Assembly (NCBI GenBank): GCA_037190885.1
Contig: JBBCJQ010000006.1
Span: 34,190 to 98,189 of the forward strand
Direction: 5' to 3'
Length of the DNA: 64,000 nt
DNA from: Chitinophagaceae bacterium
Lineage (GTDB): Bacteria > Bacteroidota > Bacteroidia > Chitinophagales > Chitinophagaceae
Position numbers and translations under genes: made by a program. The notes beneath the pieces were generated by a model that had not been told where the DNA came from, did no database searches, and worked only from the letters and a program-made list of their open reading frames with translations. Each line of letters starts with the position of its first letter. Position 1 is the first letter of the stretch. This document shows positions 46,816 through 55,956 of this stretch, piece by piece.

Positions 46816-47550
46816 TCAGGAAAAAATATCCTGTAGTATGGGAAGCGACTTCATATGAGAGAAGTCCTGTATATGGAATTGGTAAAAGCGAAGCATGGCA
46901 TCCATGATCCTTCGCCGCAAGGCGTTGTTCAGCGGAACTTCTTCAGACTCCGCCGGCTGCCTGACATGTAGCAGTTCGCAGATATATTCTGCAGCGCCGG
47001 CGTCCGTGTAGTAGTCATGCTCAGGCGCTGTAGCCACAAAACGGCCGTTTCTCAGGTCCAGGATGGAATTGGTTTTGGAAAAATTGTCCTGGATGCTGAA
47101 GCCCAGGAATTCCGGCAGGTGCACCAGGAAAAACAGGGGATAATTAGCTGCTGTTTTTTCCCCTGCACGGTCAAGCTCCATCAAAGCGTCTTCAATGAAA
47201 TCATACAGGGCGGTGTTTTGCTCGGGCTGCCGGATCGTTTTTTGGAGCAGTTCCACCATGAACAGAACTATGGCATTTTTATACACATTGAACAATATGT
47301 CGCGGTAAATATAATGCCAGCGCGCTTCTTTTACTCTTTGCAGTTTTTTAAGATCGTTGTGGTATACTTCCATCTCGATAATGGAAGCCGGTTGAAACAG
47401 GTTGACCTTTGTATTCCCTTTTTTCCCGCCCCGCGCTCCGTTTACCATGTATGACTGCAGGCCGAACAGTTCCGTATACACCAGTGCGATCACGGATGTT
47501 TCGCCATATGCTGTTGTGCGCAATACAATTCCCCTGGTTGTATGTATCAT
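46816..47550 (-). CDS. recO: DNA repair protein RecO
   Basis: MIHTTRGIVLRTTAYGETSVI... OB-fold N-terminus and helical C-terminus typical of RecO. Start taken at the internal ATG 47550. Confidence 0.8.
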   Translation of the reverse strand: MIHTTRGIVLRTTAYGETSVIALVYTELFGLQSYMVNGARGGKKGNTKVNLFQPASIIEMEVYHNDLKKLQRVKEARWHYIYRDILFNVYKNAIVLFMVELLQKTIRQPEQNTALYDFIEDALMELDRAGEKTAANYPLFFLVHLPEFLGFSIQDNFSKTNSILDLRNGRFVATAPEHDYYTDAGAAEYICELLHVRQPAESEEVPLNNALRRRIMDAMLRFYQFHIQDFSHMKSLPILQDIFS

Positions 47551-47695
47551 GATATGCTGAAATGCCTGACAGACCGGGCACAATGATAATCATTAGTTCT
47601 CAATACCCCTGAAACAGTTATTTAATATGCCATAATAGTGCTGAAAAAGCTTCAAAATAAGTTTCTTTGCAGTTTTAATCAATTCTATCCTCCAC

Positions 47696-50065
47696 ATGTG
47701 GAAACAGTTGGGTAAGTTTTTATTGCGCCACAGGGTTTTATTATTGTCAGCATTAACGGTTGTAACAGGCTTTATGCTCTACTGTGCCATAAAGGTTACC
47801 ATCAGCTATGAATTTCTCCGCACCATACCCGTTGATAATCCCTTATACAAAAGATACCTGGATTTTAAAGAAGAGTTTGGAGATGACGGCAATACGGTGG
47901 TGATCGGCTTTATAAAGAATGACCTGCTGCAGAAAGATGTGTTCAATGATTTTTCCGCGCTTACATCGGAATTCAAAAAAGTAGACCAGGTAGAAAGCGT
48001 GCTGAACCTTACTTCTGCCATCAACCTTGTGAAGAACGACAGTACACAGAAACTGAATGTGGTGCCGGTGTTTCAATCCCGTTACGACAGCCAGGGCCAA
48101 CTGGACAGCGCTGTGCAGCTTTTTCACCGGCTGCCTTTTTACAGCTATCTCTTATATAATCCCGAAACCAATGCCTACCTGACCGCTGTGAGGGTAAACA
48201 AGGACGTGTTGGGTACCAAGGGCCGTGAAAAGCTGATCGCAGACCTGGAGGGGCTTGCGTACGGCTTTGGAGAAAAGCACAATGTGGATGTTCATATCAG
48301 CGGGCTGCCACTGATCAGGACCAATATGGCCATTAATGTGAAAAAGGAAATGAAATGGTTCCTGATCGGATCCATCATCATTTCTGCGGCGATACTGATG
48401 CTGTTTTTCCGCTCGGTGAGCGCCACCGTGCTGTCGCTCGGGGTGGTCATCATCGGGGTGATATGGAGTATGGGCATCCTGTATTTGTGCGGGTATCATA
48501 TTACATTGCTCACGGCTTTGGTGCCGCCGCTGGTGGTGGTGATCGGTATACCTAATTGTATCTACTTTTTGAATAAGTATCATACCGCATGGACAGACTT
48601 TAAGCAGAAGGAGCAGGCGCTGGTGGAAATGGTGGGACGTATGGGTATTGTTACCCTGTTCTGTAATATTGCGGCCGCTATCGGCTTTGCCGTGTTTGCC
48701 TTTACCAAAAGTGTGGCGCTGCAGGAGTTTGGAGTGGTAGCCGGCACCAGCATTATGTCCATTTTCTTTATTTCGCTGATAGCCATCCCGGGGGTATTGA
48801 GCTACCTGCCTTCTCCAAAACCCAAACACCTGCGTTATCTTGACAACCGGTGGCTGGAAGGAACGCTGAACCATATTGAAAAATGGGTGTTTCACCATAA
48901 AAAAACAGTGCATGTCGTAACCATACTGGCTATCCTGTTTTCTGTATCCGGCATGCTGCGCCTGCAGTCTGTGGGCCATATGGTGGATGATATTCCCAAA
49001 ACAGACCGCATATATGTAGACCTGAAATTTTTTGAGAAAAATTTTAAAGGTGTCATGCCGCTGGAGATCATCGTGGACACCAAAAGAAGAGCGGGCTTTT
49101 CAGGTATGAGAGCACTGACCGTGTTTGATAAGATAGACTCCCTGGCACAATACATCAGCGGGCGCCCCGAGATGGCCAAACCCTTATCCCTGGCCGAAGG
49201 ACTGAAATTTGCCCGCCAGGCTTTTTATGACGGAGACAGCGCTTATTACAGCATTCCCAATAGCTTTGACGGTGCATTTGTGGGCGACTATCTGCGGGCA
49301 AGAAGGGATACAGGCGCGGCGGGCAACAATGTGTTTCAGCAACTGATGAACGCTTTTATGGACACCGCCCGCAGCAAAACCCGCATCAGTGTGAACATGG
49401 CGGATATCGGCAGTAAAAAATTACCGGCCGTGCTGGAGGATATAGAGCAGAGAGCCCATCAATTGTTCGACTCCACGCAATACCGGGTGGAATTCACCGG
49501 CTCCAGCATTACCTTCCTGGAGGGCAGCCGTTTTATTATTGAAGGGCTTAAGGAAAGCATTATCCTGGCCTTTATCCTCATCGCGGTATGTATGCTCTAC
49601 CTGTTCAGGTCATTCCGCATTTTGTTGTGTTCCCTTATACCGAATATTGTTCCGCTGATGCTCACCGCCGGTATCATGGGCTGGACAGGAGTGCCGTTGA
49701 AGCCGTCCACGGTGATCGTGTTCGGTATTGCGCTCGGGATAGCCATTGACGTTACCATACGCTTTCTGGTCAATTACCGGCAGGAGCTGCCGGCATACGA
49801 AAACAGGCCTTTGCCCACGATCGTGCAAACCATTCATCATACGGGCATCAGCATCATTTATACCTCCCTGGTGTTGATAGCGGGCTTCAGTATATTTATT
49901 TTCAGTGGTTTCGGGGGTACCAAAGCATTGGGATGGCTCACATCGCTGACCCTGGTGATCGCCACCGTTACCAATCTTATATTGCTGCCGGTGCTGCTGG
50001 CGTGGCTGCATAAGCCAAAAGAAAAACCGGGGCACCAGGAAAACCATTCAGCCCGGTTCAGTTGA
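47696..50065 (+). CDS. RND-superfamily exporter (MMPL/COG1033-type, two 6-TM bundles)
   Basis: 789-aa ORF. Two sterol-sensing-like TM bundles are separated by a soluble domain. Confidence 0.8.
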   Translation: MWKQLGKFLLRHRVLLLSALTVVTGFMLYCAIKVTISYEFLRTIPVDNPLYKRYLDFKEEFGDDGNTVVIGFIKNDLLQKDVFNDFSALTSEFKKVDQVESVLNLTSAINLVKNDSTQKLNVVPVFQSRYDSQGQLDSAVQLFHRLPFYSYLLYNPETNAYLTAVRVNKDVLGTKGREKLIADLEGLAYGFGEKHNVDVHISGLPLIRTNMAINVKKEMKWFLIGSIIISAAILMLFFRSVSATVLSLGVVIIGVIWSMGILYLCGYHITLLTALVPPLVVVIGIPNCIYFLNKYHTAWTDFKQKEQALVEMVGRMGIVTLFCNIAAAIGFAVFAFTKSVALQEFGVVAGTSIMSIFFISLIAIPGVLSYLPSPKPKHLRYLDNRWLEGTLNHIEKWVFHHKKTVHVVTILAILFSVSGMLRLQSVGHMVDDIPKTDRIYVDLKFFEKNFKGVMPLEIIVDTKRRAGFSGMRALTVFDKIDSLAQYISGRPEMAKPLSLAEGLKFARQAFYDGDSAYYSIPNSFDGAFVGDYLRARRDTGAAGNNVFQQLMNAFMDTARSKTRISVNMADIGSKKLPAVLEDIEQRAHQLFDSTQYRVEFTGSSITFLEGSRFIIEGLKESIILAFILIAVCMLYLFRSFRILLCSLIPNIVPLMLTAGIMGWTGVPLKPSTVIVFGIALGIAIDVTIRFLVNYRQELPAYENRPLPTIVQTIHHTGISIIYTSLVLIAGFSIFIFSGFGGTKALGWLTSLTLVIATVTNLILLPVLLAWLHKPKEKPGHQENHSARFS

Positions 50066-50350
50066 TTCGTATTTTTTGATGATGCTTTTGATCAGCGCCA
50101 TCCTGGAAGCAAAGCTTTCCAGCTCGTTATTGCGCAACCATTCTGCATTGATGCGGATATTATTGTCCATGGCCTCTTTCACAGCGATCAGTACTGCTTT
50201 GGATATCGACTTGGTTTGGGTTCCCATAAATTGCAGGTTGCCTTTATACCACCCGGCAAAAGTGTAACAGGCACCGTTTTTTCCAACGTGTAGTACGTCT
50301 CCGGGTTGTAGCTTTTCCACCAGGTTGTTATAAAAATTTTCTGCGGTCAT
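50048..50350 (-). CDS. Hypothetical 100-aa protein
   Basis: Starts at the ATG 50350 (MTAENFYNNLVEKLQPGD...). No motif recognised. Its 3' end overlaps the convergent exporter gene by 18 nt. Confidence 0.4.
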   Translation of the reverse strand: MTAENFYNNLVEKLQPGDVLHVGKNGACYTFAGWYKGNLQFMGTQTKSISKAVLIAVKEAMDNNIRINAEWLRNNELESFASRMALIKSIIKKYESTEPG

Positions 50351-50524
50351 GGATAAAAGTTTAAGGATTTGAACAGTCGTTATCTGAAGCAGCAGATATC
50401 CGGAACTTAGTAAACTTACGTAAGATTTCGGAAAATCACTATTACTTATCGACGGTATGCGCAATGAGAGCGCGTTGTTTTACAAATGATAAAAAATTAG
50501 TGAATAGCGGTTATAGGTTGCTGT

Positions 50525-50556
50525 TGATAAAAGCGGACGGTTAGACAACCGTCCGC
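50525..50556 (-). terminator. Intrinsic terminator of the IS1595-like gene
   Basis: GCGGACGGTT-AGAC-AACCGTCCGC 10-bp stem, followed on the minus strand by TTTTATC. Confidence 0.6.
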
Positions 50557-50643
50557 GTTAAACATGAGAAAACTCCTTCAGTAAAAGTTGATTGATCCGG
50601 AAGTGACTGAAGGAAAAATGAAATTTGAAACCCCCGGAGTAAT

Positions 50644-51297
50644 TTATACAAACGGTATTCTTTCGGTTTGTTCCTGCCATCGAACACCTGTGCTTTCTTT
50701 GCCGCTGTTGCGGATGGTTTCTACCAGCAGGGAAAATATATCATGGTCGCGGTGATTATAACGGAACTCTGATTCCTTGATGTGCAGGTAGGTGGTGTTT
50801 TTGTTCATACCCCTGAACTTCTGCAATCTTGCCTGGGTAAACATCCAAAAGGTTGAAATGTCTTCCTGCACGCCGGACAGATCCACACCATCACCTTTTG
50901 CCCAGTGTAAATTCCAATTGCTGCTGTTGGCAACTGCATGGTAGTGCAGCGGTCCGGCAGTGATATCACCTGTTTCCGGCAGCACAAAGCTATGGTCCAG
51001 CCATTCAGACATCACCTTACCGTTCTGGTAATAAAAAGCATAATAGCTCCCTCCCTGAAATCCGCTGTCCGGCAATTTGTTACCCTGGCGGAGTGGCATG
51101 GAATACCGATGACAATAGGTTACGATCAGGGAGCGTATCAACCGGCAATAATTATTGATGGTTACCCGGCTCACATTACTGGCATCAGCAATTTCGGTTG
51201 CCGTCAGGTCTTCACAAAACAACCGCAATATCTCCAGGCATTTTTTTTCAGACAGATGCCCGCCTTTCAGCAATTTTTTCCTGATATTCATGCGCAA
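50644..51297 (-). CDS. IS1595-family (ISXO2-like) transposase-related protein, apparently degenerate or domesticated
   Basis: 217-aa ORF. N-terminal HTH (LTATEIADASNVSRVTINNY). The C-terminal ISTFWMFTQARLQKFRGMNKNTTYLHIKESEFRYNHR mirrors the conserved IS1595/ISXO2 tail (INGIENFW...KFNGI...FYLHLKECE[WF]RFNNR) as I recall it. The central DDE region is short and divergent. No terminal inverted repeats were seen. Confidence 0.5.
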   Translation of the reverse strand: MRMNIRKKLLKGGHLSEKKCLEILRLFCEDLTATEIADASNVSRVTINNYCRLIRSLIVTYCHRYSMPLRQGNKLPDSGFQGGSYYAFYYQNGKVMSEWLDHSFVLPETGDITAGPLHYHAVANSSNWNLHWAKGDGVDLSGVQEDISTFWMFTQARLQKFRGMNKNTTYLHIKESEFRYNHRDHDIFSLLVETIRNSGKESTGVRWQEQTERIPFV

Positions 51298-51480
51298 GAC
51301 TATTTATCATGTTATGGTGCCGCTAAAGTCTATTGATTTGCATGCAGAAAAAATATAAAATACAGCAACGGACAATCTAAAGGGTGAGCGAGCGTACAAG
51401 ATTAATTGCGGAAGTACGGGCATAAAAAAACACTTTTCATATTTCCACGAAAAGTGTTCTTCCAGTAAATGGTATGTAAT

Positions 51481-51585
51481 TTACCAGGAAAGATACGTGA
51501 TCAGCCCTATTGCCCCATACACCAGTATAACAATCAAGGCTATTTTAGCACTTTCCCCAACCTGTAAAGAATTAAAAATCTTCAT
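51481..51585 (-). CDS. Possible 34-aa single-TM small protein
   Basis: ATG...TAA reads MKIFNSLQVGESAKIALIVILVYGAIGLITYLSW. It is followed on the minus strand by the hairpin ACACTTTTC/GAAAAGTGT (51431-51458). Below the ORF-track cutoff. Speculative. Confidence 0.3.
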   Translation of the reverse strand: MKIFNSLQVGESAKIALIVILVYGAIGLITYLSW

Positions 51586-51819
51586 AACATACAATTTTAA
51601 GATGTAGAAATGAGGACAGGATTTACCACTAATGCGTTTTCAAAGGAAGGGGACGGATCGATAACATCGTTTACATTCAAATTTACGAAAAATTTTGAGG
51701 GAAAGTTTCAATTTATTGTGTGCCAACGGAATGATGTTCATATGTTGTTTAAATTTATTTGTTTATATTTGATATATAGATTATTGCATGTTATTTTATA
51801 TAAATTTGGAAAACGATTT

Positions 51820-51827
51820 TACCTTTG
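51820..51827 (+). promoter_or_regulatory. Candidate -7 box TACCTTTG
   Basis: 18 nt upstream of the GTG start at 51845. A second match, TAAATTTG, lies at 51801-51808. Confidence 0.4.
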
Positions 51828-51844
51828 GATAATTTCATAAAGAA

Positions 51845-53188
51845 GTGATATACGCGGTAGTTGATATAGAAACCACGGGAGGATATGCTTCGGGCAACCG
51901 GATCACTGAAATAGCCATACTTGTGTTTGATGGCAATTCGGTGATCGACCGCTTTGAAACGCTGGTAGATCCGCAGCAGACCATTCCTTATTTTATACAG
52001 TCCATGACAGGCATCACCGACGAAATGGTGGCCGGGGCACCGGTATTTGCCGAAATAGCCGGAAAGGTACACGACCTGCTGAACGATAAAATATTTGTGG
52101 CGCACAATGTCAATTTCGACTATTCATTTTTGAAGCACCAATTGTCAGATTGCGGTTACCGGCTGGAAGCGTCCAGGCTTTGTACGGTAAGGCTCAGCCG
52201 CAAAGTGTTTGCACATTTCTCTTCTTACAGCCTGGGTAATCTTTGCTGCAGCCTGGATATCATCATACAAAACCGGCACCGGGCAGGTGGCGATGCAGAC
52301 GCCACGATGCTTTTGCTGAAGCGTTTGCTGGAAGATGGGGCATTGCCCCATATAGAAAAGGCATTGAAAAAATCATCCCGGGAGCAGTATTTGCCTTTGC
52401 ATGTGCCGAGGGAGCAGATAGAGCAGTTGCCAAAAAGACCCGGTGTGTATTATTTCCGTAACCAGAAAGGAAAAGTGATCTACGTGGGAAAGGCCAAAAA
52501 TCTACGCAGCCGGGTCAGCAGTCATTTCTCGCATAATGGCGCCTCCCGGCAGAAGCAGGAGTTCATCCGAAATGTATACGACATCAGTTGCCAGGTATGC
52601 GGTACGGAATTGATGGCGGCAGTGCTGGAAGAGACCGAGATCAAAAAGCTGTGGCCGGTATATAATGTTGCAAGCAAGCAGGCAACCATCCAGTATGGGT
52701 TGTATGTGTTTGAAGACAGGAAGGGCTATGCAAGGCTGGCGATTGAGCGGAAGAAAAAGCACCTGCGCCCCATATATACGTTTGGGCTCCTGTGGGACGG
52801 GTACCGGATGCTCTGGAACATGATAGAAAAGCACAACCTGTCGCCCCGGCTTTGTTTTGTAGACAAATCCCGTGAAGCCGCTCCGGAAGAAGTGCCCTGT
52901 GACGACCCGGGCGTGTATAATAAAAGGGTGGAAGAGGCGCTCAACGTGCTGCACGATGCATTACCGAGCTTTGCGTTGCTGGGCGAGGGTTTAACGGATG
53001 CAGAAAGAAGCTGTATGCTGATGGAAAAAGGAAAATTTTATGGTATGGGATATATACCGGCTGGTATGAAAATGGATATTGACCGCCTGAAAAAAATACT
53101 GACCCCTTATCCCGACAACGATAATATCCGCCATATGCTGTATAAACATGCGGAAAGCAATCCCTACCGGAAGGTGGATTTTAATTGA
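51845..53188 (+). CDS. DEDDh 3'-5' exonuclease (DnaQ-like) fused to a GIY-YIG nuclease domain (Cho/UvrC-N-like)
   Basis: 447-aa ORF with a GTG start. Exo I VVDIETTG, Exo II VAHNVNFD, Exo III HRAGGDA. Then the GIY-YIG motif GVYYFRNQKGKVIYVGKAKNLRSRV. Confidence 0.85.
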   Translation: MIYAVVDIETTGGYASGNRITEIAILVFDGNSVIDRFETLVDPQQTIPYFIQSMTGITDEMVAGAPVFAEIAGKVHDLLNDKIFVAHNVNFDYSFLKHQLSDCGYRLEASRLCTVRLSRKVFAHFSSYSLGNLCCSLDIIIQNRHRAGGDADATMLLLKRLLEDGALPHIEKALKKSSREQYLPLHVPREQIEQLPKRPGVYYFRNQKGKVIYVGKAKNLRSRVSSHFSHNGASRQKQEFIRNVYDISCQVCGTELMAAVLEETEIKKLWPVYNVASKQATIQYGLYVFEDRKGYARLAIERKKKHLRPIYTFGLLWDGYRMLWNMIEKHNLSPRLCFVDKSREAAPEEVPCDDPGVYNKRVEEALNVLHDALPSFALLGEGLTDAERSCMLMEKGKFYGMGYIPAGMKMDIDRLKKILTPYPDNDNIRHMLYKHAESNPYRKVDFN

Positions 53189-53294
53189 GCAGGCTGTTTC
53201 TTCCCCGTGTATTTTACGCTTTTCTTCGCATAGTCAAACCAAATCATTTTTCCAAGTTTTTGTTTTCGGATACAGCTATTAGTTTCGCAGCCTT

Positions 53295-55538
53295 ATGGAA
53301 TTCGCAATCACGATCGCATCGAAGCTGAACCTGCGTACGCCGCAGGTAGAAGCCGTATTGACACTGCTGGAGGATGGCGCCACCATCCCGTTCATAGCCC
53401 GTTACCGTAAAGACAAGACCGGGGGACTGGATGAAGTGGTCATTCAACAGATAGAAGATGAAAACAAAGCCCTGAAAGCTTTTGCCGAAAGAAAAGCGGC
53501 TATCGAAAAATCGATCACCGAGCAGGGTAAAATGACGGAAGCGTTACAGGAAAAGCTGGATAAGGCACAAACCCTGGCTGAGCTGGAAGATATTTACCTG
53601 CCCTATAAGCCCAAACGCAAAACCAGGGCGCAGACCGCCAAAGAGAACGGACTGGAGCCGCTGGCTATACTGCTGCTGGAGCAAAAGGAAAACGATCCGC
53701 TGACAAAGGCGGCCGACTATATTACCGATACCATAAAAACGGTGGAAGAAGCGCTGCAGGGCGCCCGTGATATCATTGCGGAGCAAATCAATGAAGACGC
53801 CAGCCTGCGGGCACAAATGCGCCGTTTATTTGAAGAGAAAGCCACGCTGCAGAGCAAAGTGGTAGCCGGAAAGGAAACCGAAGGGGTGAAATTTAAAGAT
53901 TACTTCGACTACAGTGAACCCGTGATGAAAGTGCCCTCGCACCGGGCGCTGGCGGTGCTGCGTGGTTTTGTGGAAGGGGTGTTGCGTATGGCCATTGCCC
54001 CGGAAGAAGAAACAGCCCTTACGCTTATAGAAGACCAATTTGTAAAAGGCGAAGGAGAAAGCAGCCAGCACGTAAAGAAATCGGGTAAGGATGCTTACCG
54101 CCGCCTGTTGCAGCCCGCGCTGGAAACAGAATTCCGTTCGCAACTAAAACAAACGGCAGACGAAGAAGCCATCAATGTATTTGCCGAGAACCTGAAGCAA
54201 CTGTTGCTGGGCTCACCGCTGGGCAGCAAAAGGGTATTGGCCATCGACCCCGGTTACAGAACCGGTTGTAAAGTGGTATGCCTGGATGAAAAGGGTGAAC
54301 TGAAAAAGAACGATCTTATTTATGTGCATGAACCGGGTAAGCTGGCGGCGTCGGAACATACCATACGCCACCTGGTAACCACCTTCGGCATAGAAGCTTT
54401 TGCGATCGGCGATGGTACTGCCGGAAGGGAGACGGAGCAGTTCATCAAAGGACTGCAACTGGGATTACCGGTATTCCTGGTGAATGAAGACGGCGCTTCC
54501 GTATACTCCGCATCCGAAAACGCCCGGGAAGAATTCCCGGACCATGATATTACAGTACGCGGCGCCGTTAGTATCGGGCGTCGGTTGATGGATCCCCTGG
54601 CTGAGTTGGTGAAAATAGATCCCAAGAGCATAGGCGTAGGGCAGTACCAGCATGATGTGAACCAGTTCCGTTTAAAAGAGCGGCTCGATCAGACGGTGGT
54701 CAGTTGTGTGAACCAGGTGGGTGTCAACCTGAACACGGCCAGCAAGCACCTGCTGTCCTATGTGAGCGGTATCGGCAGCACCCTTGCGGATAATATTGTA
54801 AAATACCGGAATGAAAACGGCAGCTTCACCAGCAGGGAGCAGTTGCTGAAAGTGCCGCGCCTGGGTGGAAAAGCTTTTGAGCAATGTGCAGGGTTCCTGC
54901 GCATCAAAGCCGGCGATAACCCGCTGGATGGCAGCGGCGTTCACCCGGAAGCCTATGGGCTGGTACTACAAATGGCCGCCGATCAGCAGGTGGAAGTAAC
55001 GACCCTGATCAACAACGAAGCGCTGGTCAAAAAAATAAATACAAAACAATATGTAAGTGAACAGTTCGGAGAGCTGACCATACAGGATATCCTGAAAGAG
55101 CTGCAGAAGCCGGGACTGGATCCGCGCAGTGAAGTGCAACAGTTTGAATTTGCCGGTATTTATAAAATAGAAGATGTGCAGACAGGTATGATCGTACCGG
55201 GCATTGTTACCAATATCACGCGTTTCGGTGCTTTTATAGACATTGGGGTAAAGCAGGACGGACTGGTGCACGTATCGGAAATAGCACATAAGTACATCGA
55301 GGATCCCAATGAAGTACTGAAGCTGAACGACAAGGTAATGGTAAAGGTACTGGAAGTGGATATGACACGGAAGCGGATAGCCCTGTCCATTAAGCAAACA
55401 CAGGACGCTCCTGCCCGGCAGGGTGGCGGGCAGCGACCGGCCGGTAAAAAATTCGACAAAAAGGAAAAGCAGCCGGATCTGTCATCCGCTTCTATGTCGG
55501 ATGCGTTGCAGGCCCTGAAGAGGAAATTCGGTAAGTGA
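53295..55538 (+). CDS. tex: Tex-family RNA-binding transcription accessory protein (YqgF/HhH/S1 domains)
   Basis: 747-aa ORF. N-terminal TIPFIARYRKD, YqgF-like VLAIDPGYRTGCK, HhH region, C-terminal S1 domain (GIVTNITRFGAFIDIG...DGLVHVSE). Confidence 0.92.
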   Translation: MEFAITIASKLNLRTPQVEAVLTLLEDGATIPFIARYRKDKTGGLDEVVIQQIEDENKALKAFAERKAAIEKSITEQGKMTEALQEKLDKAQTLAELEDIYLPYKPKRKTRAQTAKENGLEPLAILLLEQKENDPLTKAADYITDTIKTVEEALQGARDIIAEQINEDASLRAQMRRLFEEKATLQSKVVAGKETEGVKFKDYFDYSEPVMKVPSHRALAVLRGFVEGVLRMAIAPEEETALTLIEDQFVKGEGESSQHVKKSGKDAYRRLLQPALETEFRSQLKQTADEEAINVFAENLKQLLLGSPLGSKRVLAIDPGYRTGCKVVCLDEKGELKKNDLIYVHEPGKLAASEHTIRHLVTTFGIEAFAIGDGTAGRETEQFIKGLQLGLPVFLVNEDGASVYSASENAREEFPDHDITVRGAVSIGRRLMDPLAELVKIDPKSIGVGQYQHDVNQFRLKERLDQTVVSCVNQVGVNLNTASKHLLSYVSGIGSTLADNIVKYRNENGSFTSREQLLKVPRLGGKAFEQCAGFLRIKAGDNPLDGSGVHPEAYGLVLQMAADQQVEVTTLINNEALVKKINTKQYVSEQFGELTIQDILKELQKPGLDPRSEVQQFEFAGIYKIEDVQTGMIVPGIVTNITRFGAFIDIGVKQDGLVHVSEIAHKYIEDPNEVLKLNDKVMVKVLEVDMTRKRIALSIKQTQDAPARQGGGQRPAGKKFDKKEKQPDLSSASMSDALQALKRKFGK

Positions 55539-55581
55539 AGTAAAAAAAGAGAAAAAAATTTTGCAGAATTAAAGCAAGGCT

Positions 55582-55589
55582 TATCTTTG
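55582..55589 (+). promoter_or_regulatory. Candidate promoter of the tRNA transcript (-7 box TATCTTTG with TTG about 19 nt upstream)
   Basis: TAnnTTTG match at 55582-55589. TTG at 55561-55563 is at -33-like spacing. Confidence 0.45.
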
Positions 55590-55614
55590 CACTCCCAATT
55601 GAAAAACGGGATAA

Positions 55615-55700
55615 GGGAGCATAGCTCTCCCGATCCCGAAGGTTCGGGACGGGAGGTTCAGAGCATCCCGCTTGCGGCGGGAGGGTCCTCGGTTCAAACA
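55615..55700 (+). pseudogene. Degenerate tRNA-Val-like copy carrying GC-hairpin insertions (not a functional cloverleaf)
   Basis: GGGAGCATAGCTC is identical to the 5' 13 nt of the downstream tRNA-Val. Shared segments GGTTCAGAGCAT and GGGTC remain. A 27-nt hairpin (TCCCGATCCCGAAGGTTCGGGACGGGA) sits in the D-loop position. The anticodon arm is replaced by TCCCGC-TTGCG-GCGGGA. There is no T-stem or acceptor 3' strand. Confidence 0.45.
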
Positions 55701-55719
55701 AAAGAGTTCTAAAAATATT

Positions 55720-55794
55720 GGGAGCATAGCTCAGTTGGTTCAGAGCATCTGCCTTACAAGCAGAGGGTCCGCGGTTCGAGCCCGTGTGCTCCCA
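55720..55794 (+). tRNA. tRNA-Val (anticodon TAC)
   Basis: Hand-folded cloverleaf: acceptor GGGAGCA/TGCTCCC, D stem GCTC/GAGC, anticodon stem TCTGC/GCAGA with loop CTTACAA, T arm CGCGG-TTCGAGC-CCGTG, discriminator A. CCA is not encoded. Confidence 0.9.
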
Positions 55795-55808
55795 CTCAAT
55801 AAGAAAAG

Positions 55809-55840
55809 GGTTTCATGAAAATGGAACCTTTTTTTGTTTT
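55809..55840 (+). terminator. Intrinsic terminator after tRNA-Val
   Basis: GGTTTCAT-GAAA-ATGGAACC stem-loop followed by TTTTTTTGTTTT. Confidence 0.75.
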
Positions 55841-55891
55841 AGATCACTGAAGCGTTGGTTACTTGAAAGAATATCCTACTCAGTAAGCAGT

Positions 55892-55956
55892 AAACCTATA
55901 AGGTTTCAGGGAAGTCTTTCCTCCTTCAGTCGGTATATTCTAAACCTTATAGGTTT
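55892..55956. repeat. Palindromic element A (15-bp perfect arms AAACCTATAAGGTTT / AAACCTTATAGGTTT, 35-nt loop)
   Basis: The arms are exact reverse complements. A related element lies at 56870-56936 in the opposite orientation. The right arm overlaps the stop codon of the 55947-56849 gene. Confidence 0.7.

Noticed and set aside
48152-48979. 275-aa minus-strand ORF inside the RND exporter gene, and similar long antisense ORFs at 6622-7281, 21214-21963, 33187-33774, 35929-36537, 37927-38532, 59192-59851 and 61717-62364
   Set aside because: All lie antisense to genes with clear family signatures. Their products are His/Arg/Pro-rich nonsense typical of shadow ORFs.
51610-51840. 76-aa plus-strand ORF upstream of the exonuclease gene
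   Set aside because: It is AT-rich and Phe/Ile/Lys-biased, and it overlaps the predicted promoter boxes of the downstream gene. Probably non-coding.
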